Shown here one piece after another: positions 21,649 to 31,555 of a stretch of 64,000 nt of DNA (position 1 is its first letter; each line of letters starts with the position of its first letter). Made by a program: the position numbers and the translations under genes. The stretch covers positions 124,001-188,000 of IMG/VR virus record IMGVR_UViG_3300046804_003469, one strand, 5' to 3'. The notes under the pieces were generated by a model. The model was not told where the DNA came from. It saw only the letters and a list, made by a program, of their open reading frames with translations, and made no database searches.

Positions 21649-21799
21649 AATTACTTTAGAAAACATCAATAAATTGTTTGAATATGAAAAACTTTGTCGA
21701 GACATAGATAGTATAGATGATATTGATGTTGTAAAAGATTTTGCAAAATCTTATATTAAACTTTATTTCAAACAACAAGAAGTCATATCGAATTTCTAA
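21635..21799 (+). CDS. 54-aa NblA-like protein (not in the ORF track)
   Basis: Hand translation: MDPNKITLENINKLFEYEKLCRDIDSIDDIDVVKDFAKSYIKLYFKQQEVISNF. SD-like GAGAGGA upstream; TAATG overlap with gp13 start. The ORF looks solid, the NblA call is by-eye similarity. Confidence 0.6.
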   Translation: MDPNKITLENINKLFEYEKLCRDIDSIDDIDVVKDFAKSYIKLYFKQQEVISNF

Positions 21800-22644
21800 T
21801 GGCACAACCATCTACTAGACAAGAATTAATCGACTATTGTAAAAGAAAACTGGGACATCCAGTTTTAGAGATTAACGTTGCTGATGAACAAATTGATGAT
21901 TTGGTAGATGATGCTATTCAATTCTTTCAAGAAAGACATTTTGATGGTGTGTATCAAACATACATGAAATATAAAATTACTCAAGATGATATTAATAGAG
22001 GAAGATCTAGAGCTCATGGCGTAACTCCAGTTGGAATTACAACCACTACAGTATATGAAAATCTTGGAAATTCTACTTCATTTTCTTTTGAAGAAAATGG
22101 AAACTACTTACCAGTTCCTCCATCAGTAATTGGAGTTGAAAGAATATTTCATTTTGATGGTTCAAACACCATAACACATAATATGTTTAGTGTTAAATAT
22201 CAATTATTTTTAAATGATATTTACTATTGGGGTTCAACGGAACTGTTAACTTATGCCATGGTTAAAACATATCTTGAAGATATTGACTTTTTATTGACAA
22301 CTCAGAAACAAATTAGATTTAATAAGAGACAAGATAGACTTTATCTTGATATTGATTGGGGAAGTGTTACTCCAGATACTTATCTAATTATTGATTGTTA
22401 TAGAACACTCGATCCAAATGATTACGGAAGAGTATGGAATGATTCGTTCTTAAAATTATATCTCACATCGCTAATTAAACGTCAGTGGGGTCAGAATTTA
22501 ATTAAATTCCAAGGTGTAAAACTTCCAGGTGGAGTAGAATTAAATGGAAGGCAATTATATGATGATGCTCAAAGAGAAATTGATGTACTTATGGAAAAAA
22601 TGTCCAATACTTACGAACTCCCACCATTAGACATGATTGGATAA
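21799..22644 (+). CDS. gp13: Neck protein gp13
   Basis: RQELIDYCKRKLGHPVLEINV...KRQWGQNLIKFQGVKLPGGVELNG. Confidence 0.95.
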   Translation: MAQPSTRQELIDYCKRKLGHPVLEINVADEQIDDLVDDAIQFFQERHFDGVYQTYMKYKITQDDINRGRSRAHGVTPVGITTTTVYENLGNSTSFSFEENGNYLPVPPSVIGVERIFHFDGSNTITHNMFSVKYQLFLNDIYYWGSTELLTYAMVKTYLEDIDFLLTTQKQIRFNKRQDRLYLDIDWGSVTPDTYLIIDCYRTLDPNDYGRVWNDSFLKLYLTSLIKRQWGQNLIKFQGVKLPGGVELNGRQLYDDAQREIDVLMEKMSNTYELPPLDMIG

Positions 22645-22645
22645 T

Positions 22646-24079
22646 ATGCTTAATCCATTTTTCCTCCAAGGGTCAAAATCAGAACAATCTTTAGTTCAAG
22701 ATTTAATTAATGAACAACTCCGCATGTATGGAGTTGAAATTTATTATTTGCCAAGAAAGTATGTTACTAAAAATACTGTAATTAGAGAAGTAATTGAATC
22801 TAAATTTGATAATGCATATCCATTGGAAGCATATGTTGATACGTATGATGGATATGAGGGACAGGGAACTATTCTTTCAAAATTTGGCATTCAACCATTA
22901 ACAGACTTAACTGTTATTATTTCTAAAGAAAGATTTGAAACTTATATTACACCATTAATAAAAAATTTACCGAATGTAGAACTAGCAACCAGACCAAAAG
23001 AGGGAGATTTAATTTATTTTCCTCTTGGTCACAGATTATTTGAAATTAAATTTGTTGAGCACGAAAAACCTTTTTATCAACTTCAAAAAACTTATGTCTA
23101 TGAATTGAGATGTGAACTCTTTAGACTTGAAGATGAAATTATAGATACTGGAGTTGCTGATGTAGATAATACTGTGAATGGTGGAGTTGATAATTTAGGC
23201 AATACATCAATTAATGATGAAGATAGTAATACTTATATTCAAGGGCATACCCAAACTTTACAATTAGTTGGATCTGGTGTAACTGCAACTGCAATCACTA
23301 GTGTATTAAATCATGGTGTAAGATATATTGATATTTTAAATAGAGGAAATGGATATACTTCCACACCAACTATAAAAATATCATCAGCACCTTTGGGTGG
23401 ATCTACAGCAGTTGGAATTGCCTCTATGATTGATGGTCTTATTGATTGTGATGGTATAATTTCACCAAAAATACAAGCAATTCAAATTATAAATCCTGGT
23501 TATGGTTATGATGTAACACCTTCTATAATGGCAATTGGTGGAGGTGGATCTGGATTTATTGCTACATGCGTTCTTGGAGATGGAATAGTTGGAATTATTA
23601 CAGTCACAAATGGTGGATCTGGATATGTTAATAATCCTACAGTAACTATTAGTAGTCCATCTTCTGGTGAAACTGCAACCGCAACTGCTCACATTAATAC
23701 AGTTGGAATTGTTACTATGATAACTTTATCAAATACTGGATATGGTTACACTAGCGTTCCAACTATAACAATACAATCTCCAAATGTAACTGGAATTGGA
23801 ACATACGTTCCTAATGAAACTATAGTTGGAAGTATATCTCAAACTACAGCACTGGTAAGATCCTGGAATTCACTCACTAATGAGTTAATAATTTCAAATA
23901 TTTCTGGTTCATTTAAACCTGGGGAAGTTATAACAGGTTCAGAATCTGGTGCGTTTTATAATTTGAAAAAATATGTTCTTGATAATTCGATAGATAAATA
24001 TAATCAAAATTTAGAAATACAAACTGAATCTAATTCAATTATTGACTTTTCTGAATCCAACCCTTTTGGGATGCCATAA
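22646..24079 (+). CDS. gp14: Neck/head-closure protein gp14 with C-terminal beta-repeat extension
   Basis: MLNPFF...EQSLVQDLINEQLRMYGVEIYYLPR, RPKEGDLIYFP, ending DFSESNPFG. ATG 22646 preferred over TTG 22637. Confidence 0.93.
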   Translation: MLNPFFLQGSKSEQSLVQDLINEQLRMYGVEIYYLPRKYVTKNTVIREVIESKFDNAYPLEAYVDTYDGYEGQGTILSKFGIQPLTDLTVIISKERFETYITPLIKNLPNVELATRPKEGDLIYFPLGHRLFEIKFVEHEKPFYQLQKTYVYELRCELFRLEDEIIDTGVADVDNTVNGGVDNLGNTSINDEDSNTYIQGHTQTLQLVGSGVTATAITSVLNHGVRYIDILNRGNGYTSTPTIKISSAPLGGSTAVGIASMIDGLIDCDGIISPKIQAIQIINPGYGYDVTPSIMAIGGGGSGFIATCVLGDGIVGIITVTNGGSGYVNNPTVTISSPSSGETATATAHINTVGIVTMITLSNTGYGYTSVPTITIQSPNVTGIGTYVPNETIVGSISQTTALVRSWNSLTNELIISNISGSFKPGEVITGSESGAFYNLKKYVLDNSIDKYNQNLEIQTESNSIIDFSESNPFGMP

Positions 24080-24082
24080 ATA
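24075..24082 (+). promoter_or_regulatory. Late promoter (CATAAATA)
   Basis: Overlaps the gp14 stop, upstream of gp15. Confidence 0.65.
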
Positions 24083-24119
24083 GTCAATTAATTGTTATTT
24101 TTAACAAAGGGTTAACAAC

Positions 24120-25121
24120 ATGTTTGAATATTTTTATCACGAAATACTAAGAAGAACCATAATTGGTTTTGGTTCTTTATTTAATGGTATTTCAATTAAA
24201 CATGTTAATGAATCAAAAGATGTAACCAATGTTATACAAGTTCCTCTTGCATACGGACCTACTCAAAAATTTCTCGCAAGATTAGAGCAAGTACCAAATT
24301 TAAATAAACCAGTTCAAATCACATTACCAAGAATGTCATTTGAATTTGTTGGTTTAACCTACGATCCTACAAGAAAAGTAACTACAACTCAAACATTTTT
24401 ATCTGTCGATAAAAATGGAAGTAGTGTAAGAAAAACTTTTATGCCAGTTCCATACAATATGGAATTTGAACTTTCTATTTTTACAATTTTAAATGATGAT
24501 ATGCTTCAAATCATCGAACAAATTTTACCTTATTTTCAACCTGCATATACATTGACAGTTGATTTAGTAGATAAAATTGGAGAAAAAAGAGATATTCCAA
24601 TCGTAATAGATTCTATTACGATGCAAGATAATTATGAAGGAAATTTTGATACTAGAAGAGCGTTAATTTATACCATTAGATTTACTGCTAAAACTTATCT
24701 TTTTGGACCTACTTCTTCTTCGGATGTATCCAAAGATATTATTCAAAGAGTTTCTATTGGTTATGTTACTGGAGAACAGGGAAGTGGTGCAACCAGAGAT
24801 CTCACATATAGTGTTGAACCAAGAGCATTACAAAGTTATTCAAATAATACAGTTACTTCCTTGGCATCAGATATTGATCAATCTTCCACTTTATTAACAG
24901 TAAATGATACTTCATCTTTAGCAATAAACAAGTATATTACTATAGATAATGAAGAACTTTATATTACTTCTATCCCAAGTTCAACTACAATTATTGTAAA
25001 TAGAGGTGCTGATGGAACCACTGCATCTTCTCACGTATCTGGAACTGAAATTAAGTTAATTACTCAATCTGATAATTCTTTAATACCATTTGGCGACGAT
25101 TTTGGATTTGATGGATTATGA
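24120..25121 (+). CDS. gp15: Tail terminator/sheath stabiliser gp15 with extra C-terminal domain
   Basis: YFYHEILRRTIIGFGSLFN, VPLAYGPTQKFLARL, LPRMSFE, QIIEQILPYFQP. Confidence 0.95.
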   Translation: MFEYFYHEILRRTIIGFGSLFNGISIKHVNESKDVTNVIQVPLAYGPTQKFLARLEQVPNLNKPVQITLPRMSFEFVGLTYDPTRKVTTTQTFLSVDKNGSSVRKTFMPVPYNMEFELSIFTILNDDMLQIIEQILPYFQPAYTLTVDLVDKIGEKRDIPIVIDSITMQDNYEGNFDTRRALIYTIRFTAKTYLFGPTSSSDVSKDIIQRVSIGYVTGEQGSGATRDLTYSVEPRALQSYSNNTVTSLASDIDQSSTLLTVNDTSSLAINKYITIDNEELYITSIPSSTTIIVNRGADGTTASSHVSGTEIKLITQSDNSLIPFGDDFGFDGL

Positions 25122-25567
25122 AAATGACTAAAAAATTTGATAACCTAAATCAAACTTTTAATGTTTCTGGAGACATTGTTTCGAAAGAAGTGGAAGAAAT
25201 ACAACCAATTGAAGATAAAATTGAAAAAATATCTTCAATTTCAGATGATATTAAAAAAGATTATGAATATACGAGAGGAAACTTATATTCTATCATTGAA
25301 AAAGGTCAGGAAGCAATTAATGGTATATTAGAACTTGCCCAAGAAAGTGAAATGCCTCGTGCATATGAGGTTGCTGGACAATTAATTAAGAGTGTTTCTG
25401 ATGCAACTGATAAGTTAATGGATCTTCAGAAAAAACTAAAAGATATTGATGAAGTTAAACATAAAGGCCCTACAAATGTTACAAATGCACTTTTTGTTGG
25501 ATCAACTGCAGAACTTCAAAAATTGTTAAAACAACAACAATTTAATGGAGAAGTTCCAAACAAATAA
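25118..25567 (+). CDS. gp16: Terminase small subunit gp16
   Basis: DYEYTRGNLY, PRAYEVAGQLIK, NALFVGSTAELQK. Confidence 0.95.
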   Translation: MKMTKKFDNLNQTFNVSGDIVSKEVEEIQPIEDKIEKISSISDDIKKDYEYTRGNLYSIIEKGQEAINGILELAQESEMPRAYEVAGQLIKSVSDATDKLMDLQKKLKDIDEVKHKGPTNVTNALFVGSTAELQKLLKQQQFNGEVPNK

Positions 25568-25570
25568 ATA
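25563..25570 (+). promoter_or_regulatory. Late promoter (AATAAATA)
   Basis: At the gp16 stop, upstream of the 582-aa ORF. Confidence 0.65.
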
Positions 25571-25596
25571 ATAAATGAGAATGACTCTTTTTTTAA

Positions 25597-27345
25597 ATGC
25601 ATGAAGTAAAGGCGCACAAAACAATTGAGCAAATTGCAAAAAAACATCGTCTTGATGTGTCTTTTGTGAGTAAGCAGTTAGAAATGGGCATCCCTATTGA
25701 ACATGAGCATACTAAAGACAAAGATCTTGCCACTGATATTGCCCTACAGCATCTTGATGAAATTCCAGACTACTACACTAGATTAAAGAAAATGGAAGCA
25801 TCTGCCAAAAAAGAACATAAAAAGTTCAAAGATGTAAAGGAAGATGCAGATTCAGGTGTTGATGATATGGATTCGCCAATTCATCCAGTTCATGCAATTC
25901 ATGTAGATCATGAAAAAAGATACTGTCCGAAATGCAAAAGAGTTGAATTGAGAAGTCAATGTAAATATGGACCAAAATGTTGGGACATGTTTTCATCTCC
26001 AGCCAAATTAAAAGAGGAAAAATCTATGCAAGACGAAAAAAGATATTGCCCTCTATGCGATAAAAGAGAAACGAGATCTGAATGTTCTTATGGTGGCAAG
26101 GCATGGGATAAAGTATCTGTAAAAGATCATGAGTACTCTATGGCACGTTCTGAACTTTCTACTATTGCAGATGCAGTTAAAAGATTGAATATGAAGGTTG
26201 GAAAAGGTGAAGGTAACTTAGAAGCATGGGTTCAATCAAAAATTACTAAAGCAGCAGATTACATTGATACTGTGGCAGATTATATTGCAAGTGGTGAAAT
26301 GGAAGAAGCATTAAGTTTTGAACTTGGTCCAAAATTCAAAACCGCACAAAAGATAGCAAAAGCATCTGAAATTTCTAAAAAAGGATCTACTGAAGGAGAA
26401 AGAACTGCAGGTAAAAAAGCAGTTCAAAGATTGGGTGGAACTGCAGCAGAACTGCCTAAGATTAAAGAGGAAAATTTAGTTAATAAAATTTTAGGAGAGT
26501 TGGAAGAGGATAAAAAGAAGGGTTTGTGGGATAATATTCATGCTCGTAGAGAAAAAGGATTACCACGTAAAAAACCAGGACAAAAAGGATATCCAGAAAC
26601 ACTCGATATTGATGAAGACCTTGAACAAGCACGTAAAAATGTAGGTGCTAGTAAATGCTGGAAAGGTAAAGTTGCAAAGGGAACAAAAATAAAGAATGGA
26701 AAAGAAGTTCCAAACTGTGTTCCTGCAGAAAGCGTAACTATTGAAGATGCAAATGGAAATCCATATGTAGAATTTGTTGATTTAATTAAACCAGATCCAC
26801 TTGTATCTGAGACATATCGTTTACCTCCTAATAATGGAAATATACTTCTTGTAACTGTAATGTGGAGAGGAGCAACATATTCAACAAAAATGTTCTTCCC
26901 ACAAATTAATATTCCATCAAGAAAAGATGTAACTGATGAAATTCAAAAAGTATATCCAGGGGCAAAAGTTTTAGCATATCAACCATCAAATTTTCAACCT
27001 GGACAAGCACTGATTGTTACCGATAGAAGATCAAAAAATTATCTTATCACAAACAAAACAATTGGTGAAGAAGTAGAACTTGAAGAAGATTGGCAATCTG
27101 TAAATCGTAAAGATAAAACTGATGGATTAAGTCAAAAAGCAGTTAATGCTTATCGTCGTGAAAATCCTGGTTCCAAGTTACAAACTGCTGTAACTGAAAA
27201 AAAGCCTAAAGGGAAAAGGAAGAAAAGACGTAAGAGTTTTTGTAGTCGTATGAAAGGAATGAAATCAAAACTTACATCAGCAAAAACTGCTAGAGATCCA
27301 GATTCAAGAATTAACAAAGCACTTCGTCGTTGGAATTGTAACTAA
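25597..27345 (+). CDS. Modular 582-aa protein, probable internal head protein/polyprotein
   Basis: DUF5661-like N-module (GIPIEHEHT...IALQHLDEIPDYYTRL), two CPxC repeats, and a basic DUF6321-like C-module (SFCSRMKG...SRINKALRRWNC). Modules are separated by acidic xxEE linkers. Confidence 0.6.
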   Translation: MHEVKAHKTIEQIAKKHRLDVSFVSKQLEMGIPIEHEHTKDKDLATDIALQHLDEIPDYYTRLKKMEASAKKEHKKFKDVKEDADSGVDDMDSPIHPVHAIHVDHEKRYCPKCKRVELRSQCKYGPKCWDMFSSPAKLKEEKSMQDEKRYCPLCDKRETRSECSYGGKAWDKVSVKDHEYSMARSELSTIADAVKRLNMKVGKGEGNLEAWVQSKITKAADYIDTVADYIASGEMEEALSFELGPKFKTAQKIAKASEISKKGSTEGERTAGKKAVQRLGGTAAELPKIKEENLVNKILGELEEDKKKGLWDNIHARREKGLPRKKPGQKGYPETLDIDEDLEQARKNVGASKCWKGKVAKGTKIKNGKEVPNCVPAESVTIEDANGNPYVEFVDLIKPDPLVSETYRLPPNNGNILLVTVMWRGATYSTKMFFPQINIPSRKDVTDEIQKVYPGAKVLAYQPSNFQPGQALIVTDRRSKNYLITNKTIGEEVELEEDWQSVNRKDKTDGLSQKAVNAYRRENPGSKLQTAVTEKKPKGKRKKRRKSFCSRMKGMKSKLTSAKTARDPDSRINKALRRWNCN

Positions 27346-27361
27346 TATATAAATTTTTATT

Positions 27362-29011
27362 ATGGCAAATGATAACATTTACTTAGGTAATCCTAATCTA
27401 AAAAAAGCAAATACACCGATTGAATTTACTCAAGAACAGATTCTTGAGTTTGTAAAATGTAAAAATGATCCTGTATATTTTTCAAAAAATTATGTAAAAA
27501 TTGTGACTCTTGATCACGGTCTGCAACCATTTGAACCTTATGATTTTCAAGAAAAATTAATTAATAACTTCTATAAGAATAGATTTAATATTTGTAAGAT
27601 GCCACGGCAAACTGGTAAATCTACCACCGTAGTATCTTTTCTTTTACATTATGCAGTATTCAATGACAGTGTAAATATTGGTATTCTTGCAAACAAAGCA
27701 TCAACTGCAAGAGAACTTTTAAGTAGACTTCAAATTGCTTATGAAAACCTTCCTAAATGGATGCAGCAAGGCATTCTATCGTGGAATAAGGGTTCTCTTG
27801 AGTTAGAGAATGGTTCAAAGATTCTTGCCGCTTCTACGTCAGCATCTGCTGTCAGAGGAATGTCATTTAATATTATCTTTTTGGATGAATTTGCGTTCGT
27901 TCCAAATCATATTGCTGATGACTTTTTTAGTTCAGTATATCCAACTATTTCTTCAGGTAAATCCACAAAGGTAATTATTGTATCTACGCCCAAAGGTATG
28001 AATCATTTCTACCGAATGTGGCATGATGCTGAACGAGGAAAAAATGAATATATTCCTACAGATGTTCATTGGTCTGAAGTTCCTGGAAGAGATTCTGCTT
28101 GGAAAGAGCAAACCATTAAAAATACTTCAGAACAACAATTTAAAGTTGAGTTTGAATGTGAATTCTTAGGATCTGTAGATACTTTAATTGCTCCTAGCAA
28201 ATTAAGAAGTTTGATTTATGAGGCACCACAAACAAGGAATGCTGGATTAGATGTCTATGAAGACTCTAAAGATAATCATGACTATGTTATTTCTGTAGAC
28301 GTTGCTAGAGGAGTTGGGAACGACTACTCAGCATTTGTTGTGGTGGATATTACAGAGTTCCCCCATAGAATGGTTGCAAAGTATCGAGATAACAATATAA
28401 AACCGATGCTATTTCCAAGTATAATTCAAGAGGTAGCAAAAAATTACAACAATGCTTATATCTTATGTGAGGTTAATGATATTGGAGATCAAGTAGCAAG
28501 TATTCTTCACTATGATTTAGAATATACAAATATTCTTATGTGTTCTATGAGAGGTAGAGCAGGTCAAATTGTTGGACAAGGATTTTCTGGAAAGAAAACA
28601 CAACTTGGTGTCAAAATGTCCAAAACTGTTAAAAAAGTTGGATGTTTAAATCTTAAAACACTTATAGAAGAAAGTAAACTGTTACTTTGTGATTATGATA
28701 CAATTAGTGAATTAACAACATTTATCCAAAAGCATAATTCTTTTGAAGCAGAAGAAGGTTGTAATGACGATCTTGCTATGTGCTTAGTAATTTATGCTTG
28801 GTTAGTCGCTCAAGATTACTTTAAAGAACTTACCGATCAAGATGTAAGAAAGCGTTTATATGAAGAACAAAAAAATCAAATAGAGCAGGATATGGCTCCA
28901 TTTGGATTTATATCTGACGGATTAGATGATGTTAGTTTTGTGGATGATGATGGTGATAGATGGTTCACAGATGAATATGGTGACCGTTCATATATGTGGC
29001 AATATATGTGA
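27362..29011 (+). CDS. gp17: Terminase large subunit gp17
   Basis: Walker A PRQTGKST, Walker B IIFLDEFAF, nuclease motifs VDVARG and NDDLAM. Confidence 0.98.
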   Translation: MANDNIYLGNPNLKKANTPIEFTQEQILEFVKCKNDPVYFSKNYVKIVTLDHGLQPFEPYDFQEKLINNFYKNRFNICKMPRQTGKSTTVVSFLLHYAVFNDSVNIGILANKASTARELLSRLQIAYENLPKWMQQGILSWNKGSLELENGSKILAASTSASAVRGMSFNIIFLDEFAFVPNHIADDFFSSVYPTISSGKSTKVIIVSTPKGMNHFYRMWHDAERGKNEYIPTDVHWSEVPGRDSAWKEQTIKNTSEQQFKVEFECEFLGSVDTLIAPSKLRSLIYEAPQTRNAGLDVYEDSKDNHDYVISVDVARGVGNDYSAFVVVDITEFPHRMVAKYRDNNIKPMLFPSIIQEVAKNYNNAYILCEVNDIGDQVASILHYDLEYTNILMCSMRGRAGQIVGQGFSGKKTQLGVKMSKTVKKVGCLNLKTLIEESKLLLCDYDTISELTTFIQKHNSFEAEEGCNDDLAMCLVIYAWLVAQDYFKELTDQDVRKRLYEEQKNQIEQDMAPFGFISDGLDDVSFVDDDGDRWFTDEYGDRSYMWQYM

Positions 29012-29235
29012 TGGATTTAGATAATCAAATAACATTAGGTCATTTATTTTTCACAAATAGGAATTGTAGGACTTGTGGGAAACAAAAAAATTTACTAGAA
29101 GATTTTTATAGAATTAGAAAAGGATCTTTAGTATCTTCATATTCTTACGAATGTAAAGAATGCACCAAGGAAAGAATTATAAAAAATAGAAAAAATAAAT
29201 TTTATCATTACAAAACAGAATATCCCGATTGGTAG
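29011..29235 (+). CDS. Small CxxC...CxxC zinc-binding protein
   Basis: CRTC...YECKEC...EYPDW. TGATG overlap with the gp17 stop. Confidence 0.7.
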   Translation: MDLDNQITLGHLFFTNRNCRTCGKQKNLLEDFYRIRKGSLVSSYSYECKECTKERIIKNRKNKFYHYKTEYPDW

Positions 29236-29274
29236 ATATTCATGCATTGTTTCCCCGATCAAAAGTTGCTTTTT

Positions 29275-29282
29275 AATAAATA
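29275..29282 (+). promoter_or_regulatory. Late promoter (AATAAATA)
   Basis: Upstream of gp18; AGGAG SD follows. Confidence 0.75.
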
Positions 29283-29315
29283 TTTTTTAGATACATAAAT
29301 CATCAGGAGAAAAAC

Positions 29316-31517
29316 ATGGCGACTCCTCAATTATCTCCAGGCGTACTCGTCAGAGAAGTTGATTTAACTGTAGGGAGAGCTGATAATGTATTAGAAAATG
29401 TTGGAGCAATTGCAGGTCCTTTCGCACTTGGTCCAGTTAATGAGATTGTAAATATTACTACAGAACAAGAACTTATTAATACTTTTGGAAAACCACTTTC
29501 AACAGATTCCCAGTATGAGTATTGGATGAGTGCATCCTCATACCTTTCTTACGGTGGTGTTCTTAAAGTAATCAGAACAGATAGTGCTAACTTAAATTGT
29601 GCAAATGCTGGCGTAAATACTGTTAGTAATGCATCAACTAAAATTAAAAATTATGATGATTATGTAGCAAACTGGTCTTCAACAAATTCAACATATATTT
29701 TTGCTGCTAAAAATCCAGGAACTTGGGGTAATGGATTAAAAGTTTGCATGATTGATGATCTTGCAGATCAAATTGTAGCAATTAACACTTCCAATCCAGG
29801 CAATGTTGGAGCAATTGTTGGATATGGAATGACTTATGCAATTACCAATACGGTGCTTGCTGGAATTGGAACTACTACTCCATTTACTGGTTATCTTAAA
29901 GCAATTGTTACTGGTGTAACAACAGATACACAAACTTCAAATAGTTTAGTTTCTGTTAAAATTGTTTCCAGAGTATCTTCTGGTGGAACAGAATATCCTG
30001 TATCTTATGCAGAAGGATTTGTTGGTGCTGCATTTAGTTCATATAGTTCAAACGTTAATTTTATTAACAATAGTGGTACTCTTGCTGGAACTGTTACACT
30101 TGGAATTGCTTCAGATTGGTATGGACAGCAAACTTTAGGACTGACAAATACAACAATTTATTGGAAATCAATTGCACCAAAGCCAATCTCAAATAGTTTT
30201 ACATTAAATAGATCTGGAAAAAATGATGGTCTTCATGTTGTAGTTGTTGATGATAGAGGATCTATAACTGGAGTTACTGGTAATATTTTAGAAAAGCATC
30301 TGTTCTTATCAAAATCAGCAGATTCTGTTTCAACCAGAAATTCACCACAAAGAAACTATTGGAAGGATTACTTAGCATTAAGTTCTGATTATCTCTATGC
30401 TGGTGATAATCCATCAGTTGGAGCAGATACTTATTGGAACACACAATATCGTGCTACAGGTTTCTCAACTGCTTTCAATCCATATTCTGAATCTCAAGGT
30501 GCATGGAATCAAAATGCACAAGGAGTTACTTTCAGTGCATTAGGAAATCTAACATATACATTATCTGGAGGAAAAGATTATTATGGAACTGATAATGTAT
30601 CGAACGGAATGGTTGCAAAATTAGGTGATTTATATACTTCATACGACTTATTTGCAAGCAAAGAAAATTCTAAGGTTGACTTCTTAATCATGGGTCCTGG
30701 ACTTGATAATAAATCTGAATCTCAAGCAAAAGCAAATCATCTGATTGCAATTGCCGATGGAAGAAAAGATTGTGTTGCAGTTATTTCTCCACACAGATCA
30801 GATCTGGTAAATGTAACTAATGCAGAAACACAAACAAATAATGTAATTCAGTTCTTTAGTCCACTTTCCTCATCCTCATATGCAGTATTTGATAGTGGAT
30901 ATAAGTATACTTATGATAGATTTAATAACCTGTTTAGATATATCCCATGTAATGCGGATATTGCTGGATTAATGTGCAGAACTGGAATTCAAGCCTATCC
31001 TTGGTTCTCACCTGCTGGTCAACAGCGTGGAATTTTAAATAATGCAATTAAACTTGCATATAATCCAAACCAAGCACAAAGAGATAGACTTTATCCATTG
31101 AGAATTAATTCAGTTATAAATCAACCTGGAATTGGTATTTTACTCTTTGGAGATAAAACTGCTCTTGGATATGATTCGGCATTTGATAGAATTAATGTTA
31201 GAAGATTGTTCTTAACTGTTGAGCAAGCACTTCAAAAGTCTGCACAAGCACAACTGTTCGAATTAAATGATCAAATTACAAGAGCAAACTTCGTAAATAT
31301 TGTTGAACCTTATTTACGTGATGTTCAAGCTAAGAGAGGATTATATGATTTCAGAGTGATCTGCGATGAGACTAACAACACTCCTGATATTATTGATAAT
31401 AATGAGTTTAGAGCAGATATCTATCTCAAACCAGCTAAGTCTATCAACTATGTAACTATTACATTTGTTGCTACGAGAACTGGAGTCTCGTTCGAAGAAG
31501 TTGCTGGTAGAGTTTAA
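29316..31517 (+). CDS. gp18: Tail sheath protein gp18
   Basis: LSPGVLVREVDLT, PWFSPAG, AFDRINVRRLF, KPAKSINYV. Confidence 0.98.
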   Translation: MATPQLSPGVLVREVDLTVGRADNVLENVGAIAGPFALGPVNEIVNITTEQELINTFGKPLSTDSQYEYWMSASSYLSYGGVLKVIRTDSANLNCANAGVNTVSNASTKIKNYDDYVANWSSTNSTYIFAAKNPGTWGNGLKVCMIDDLADQIVAINTSNPGNVGAIVGYGMTYAITNTVLAGIGTTTPFTGYLKAIVTGVTTDTQTSNSLVSVKIVSRVSSGGTEYPVSYAEGFVGAAFSSYSSNVNFINNSGTLAGTVTLGIASDWYGQQTLGLTNTTIYWKSIAPKPISNSFTLNRSGKNDGLHVVVVDDRGSITGVTGNILEKHLFLSKSADSVSTRNSPQRNYWKDYLALSSDYLYAGDNPSVGADTYWNTQYRATGFSTAFNPYSESQGAWNQNAQGVTFSALGNLTYTLSGGKDYYGTDNVSNGMVAKLGDLYTSYDLFASKENSKVDFLIMGPGLDNKSESQAKANHLIAIADGRKDCVAVISPHRSDLVNVTNAETQTNNVIQFFSPLSSSSYAVFDSGYKYTYDRFNNLFRYIPCNADIAGLMCRTGIQAYPWFSPAGQQRGILNNAIKLAYNPNQAQRDRLYPLRINSVINQPGIGILLFGDKTALGYDSAFDRINVRRLFLTVEQALQKSAQAQLFELNDQITRANFVNIVEPYLRDVQAKRGLYDFRVICDETNNTPDIIDNNEFRADIYLKPAKSINYVTITFVATRTGVSFEEVAGRV

Positions 31518-31555
31518 TTTAACTAGATTATTAATTACAAAAGGAGGATCCTAAA

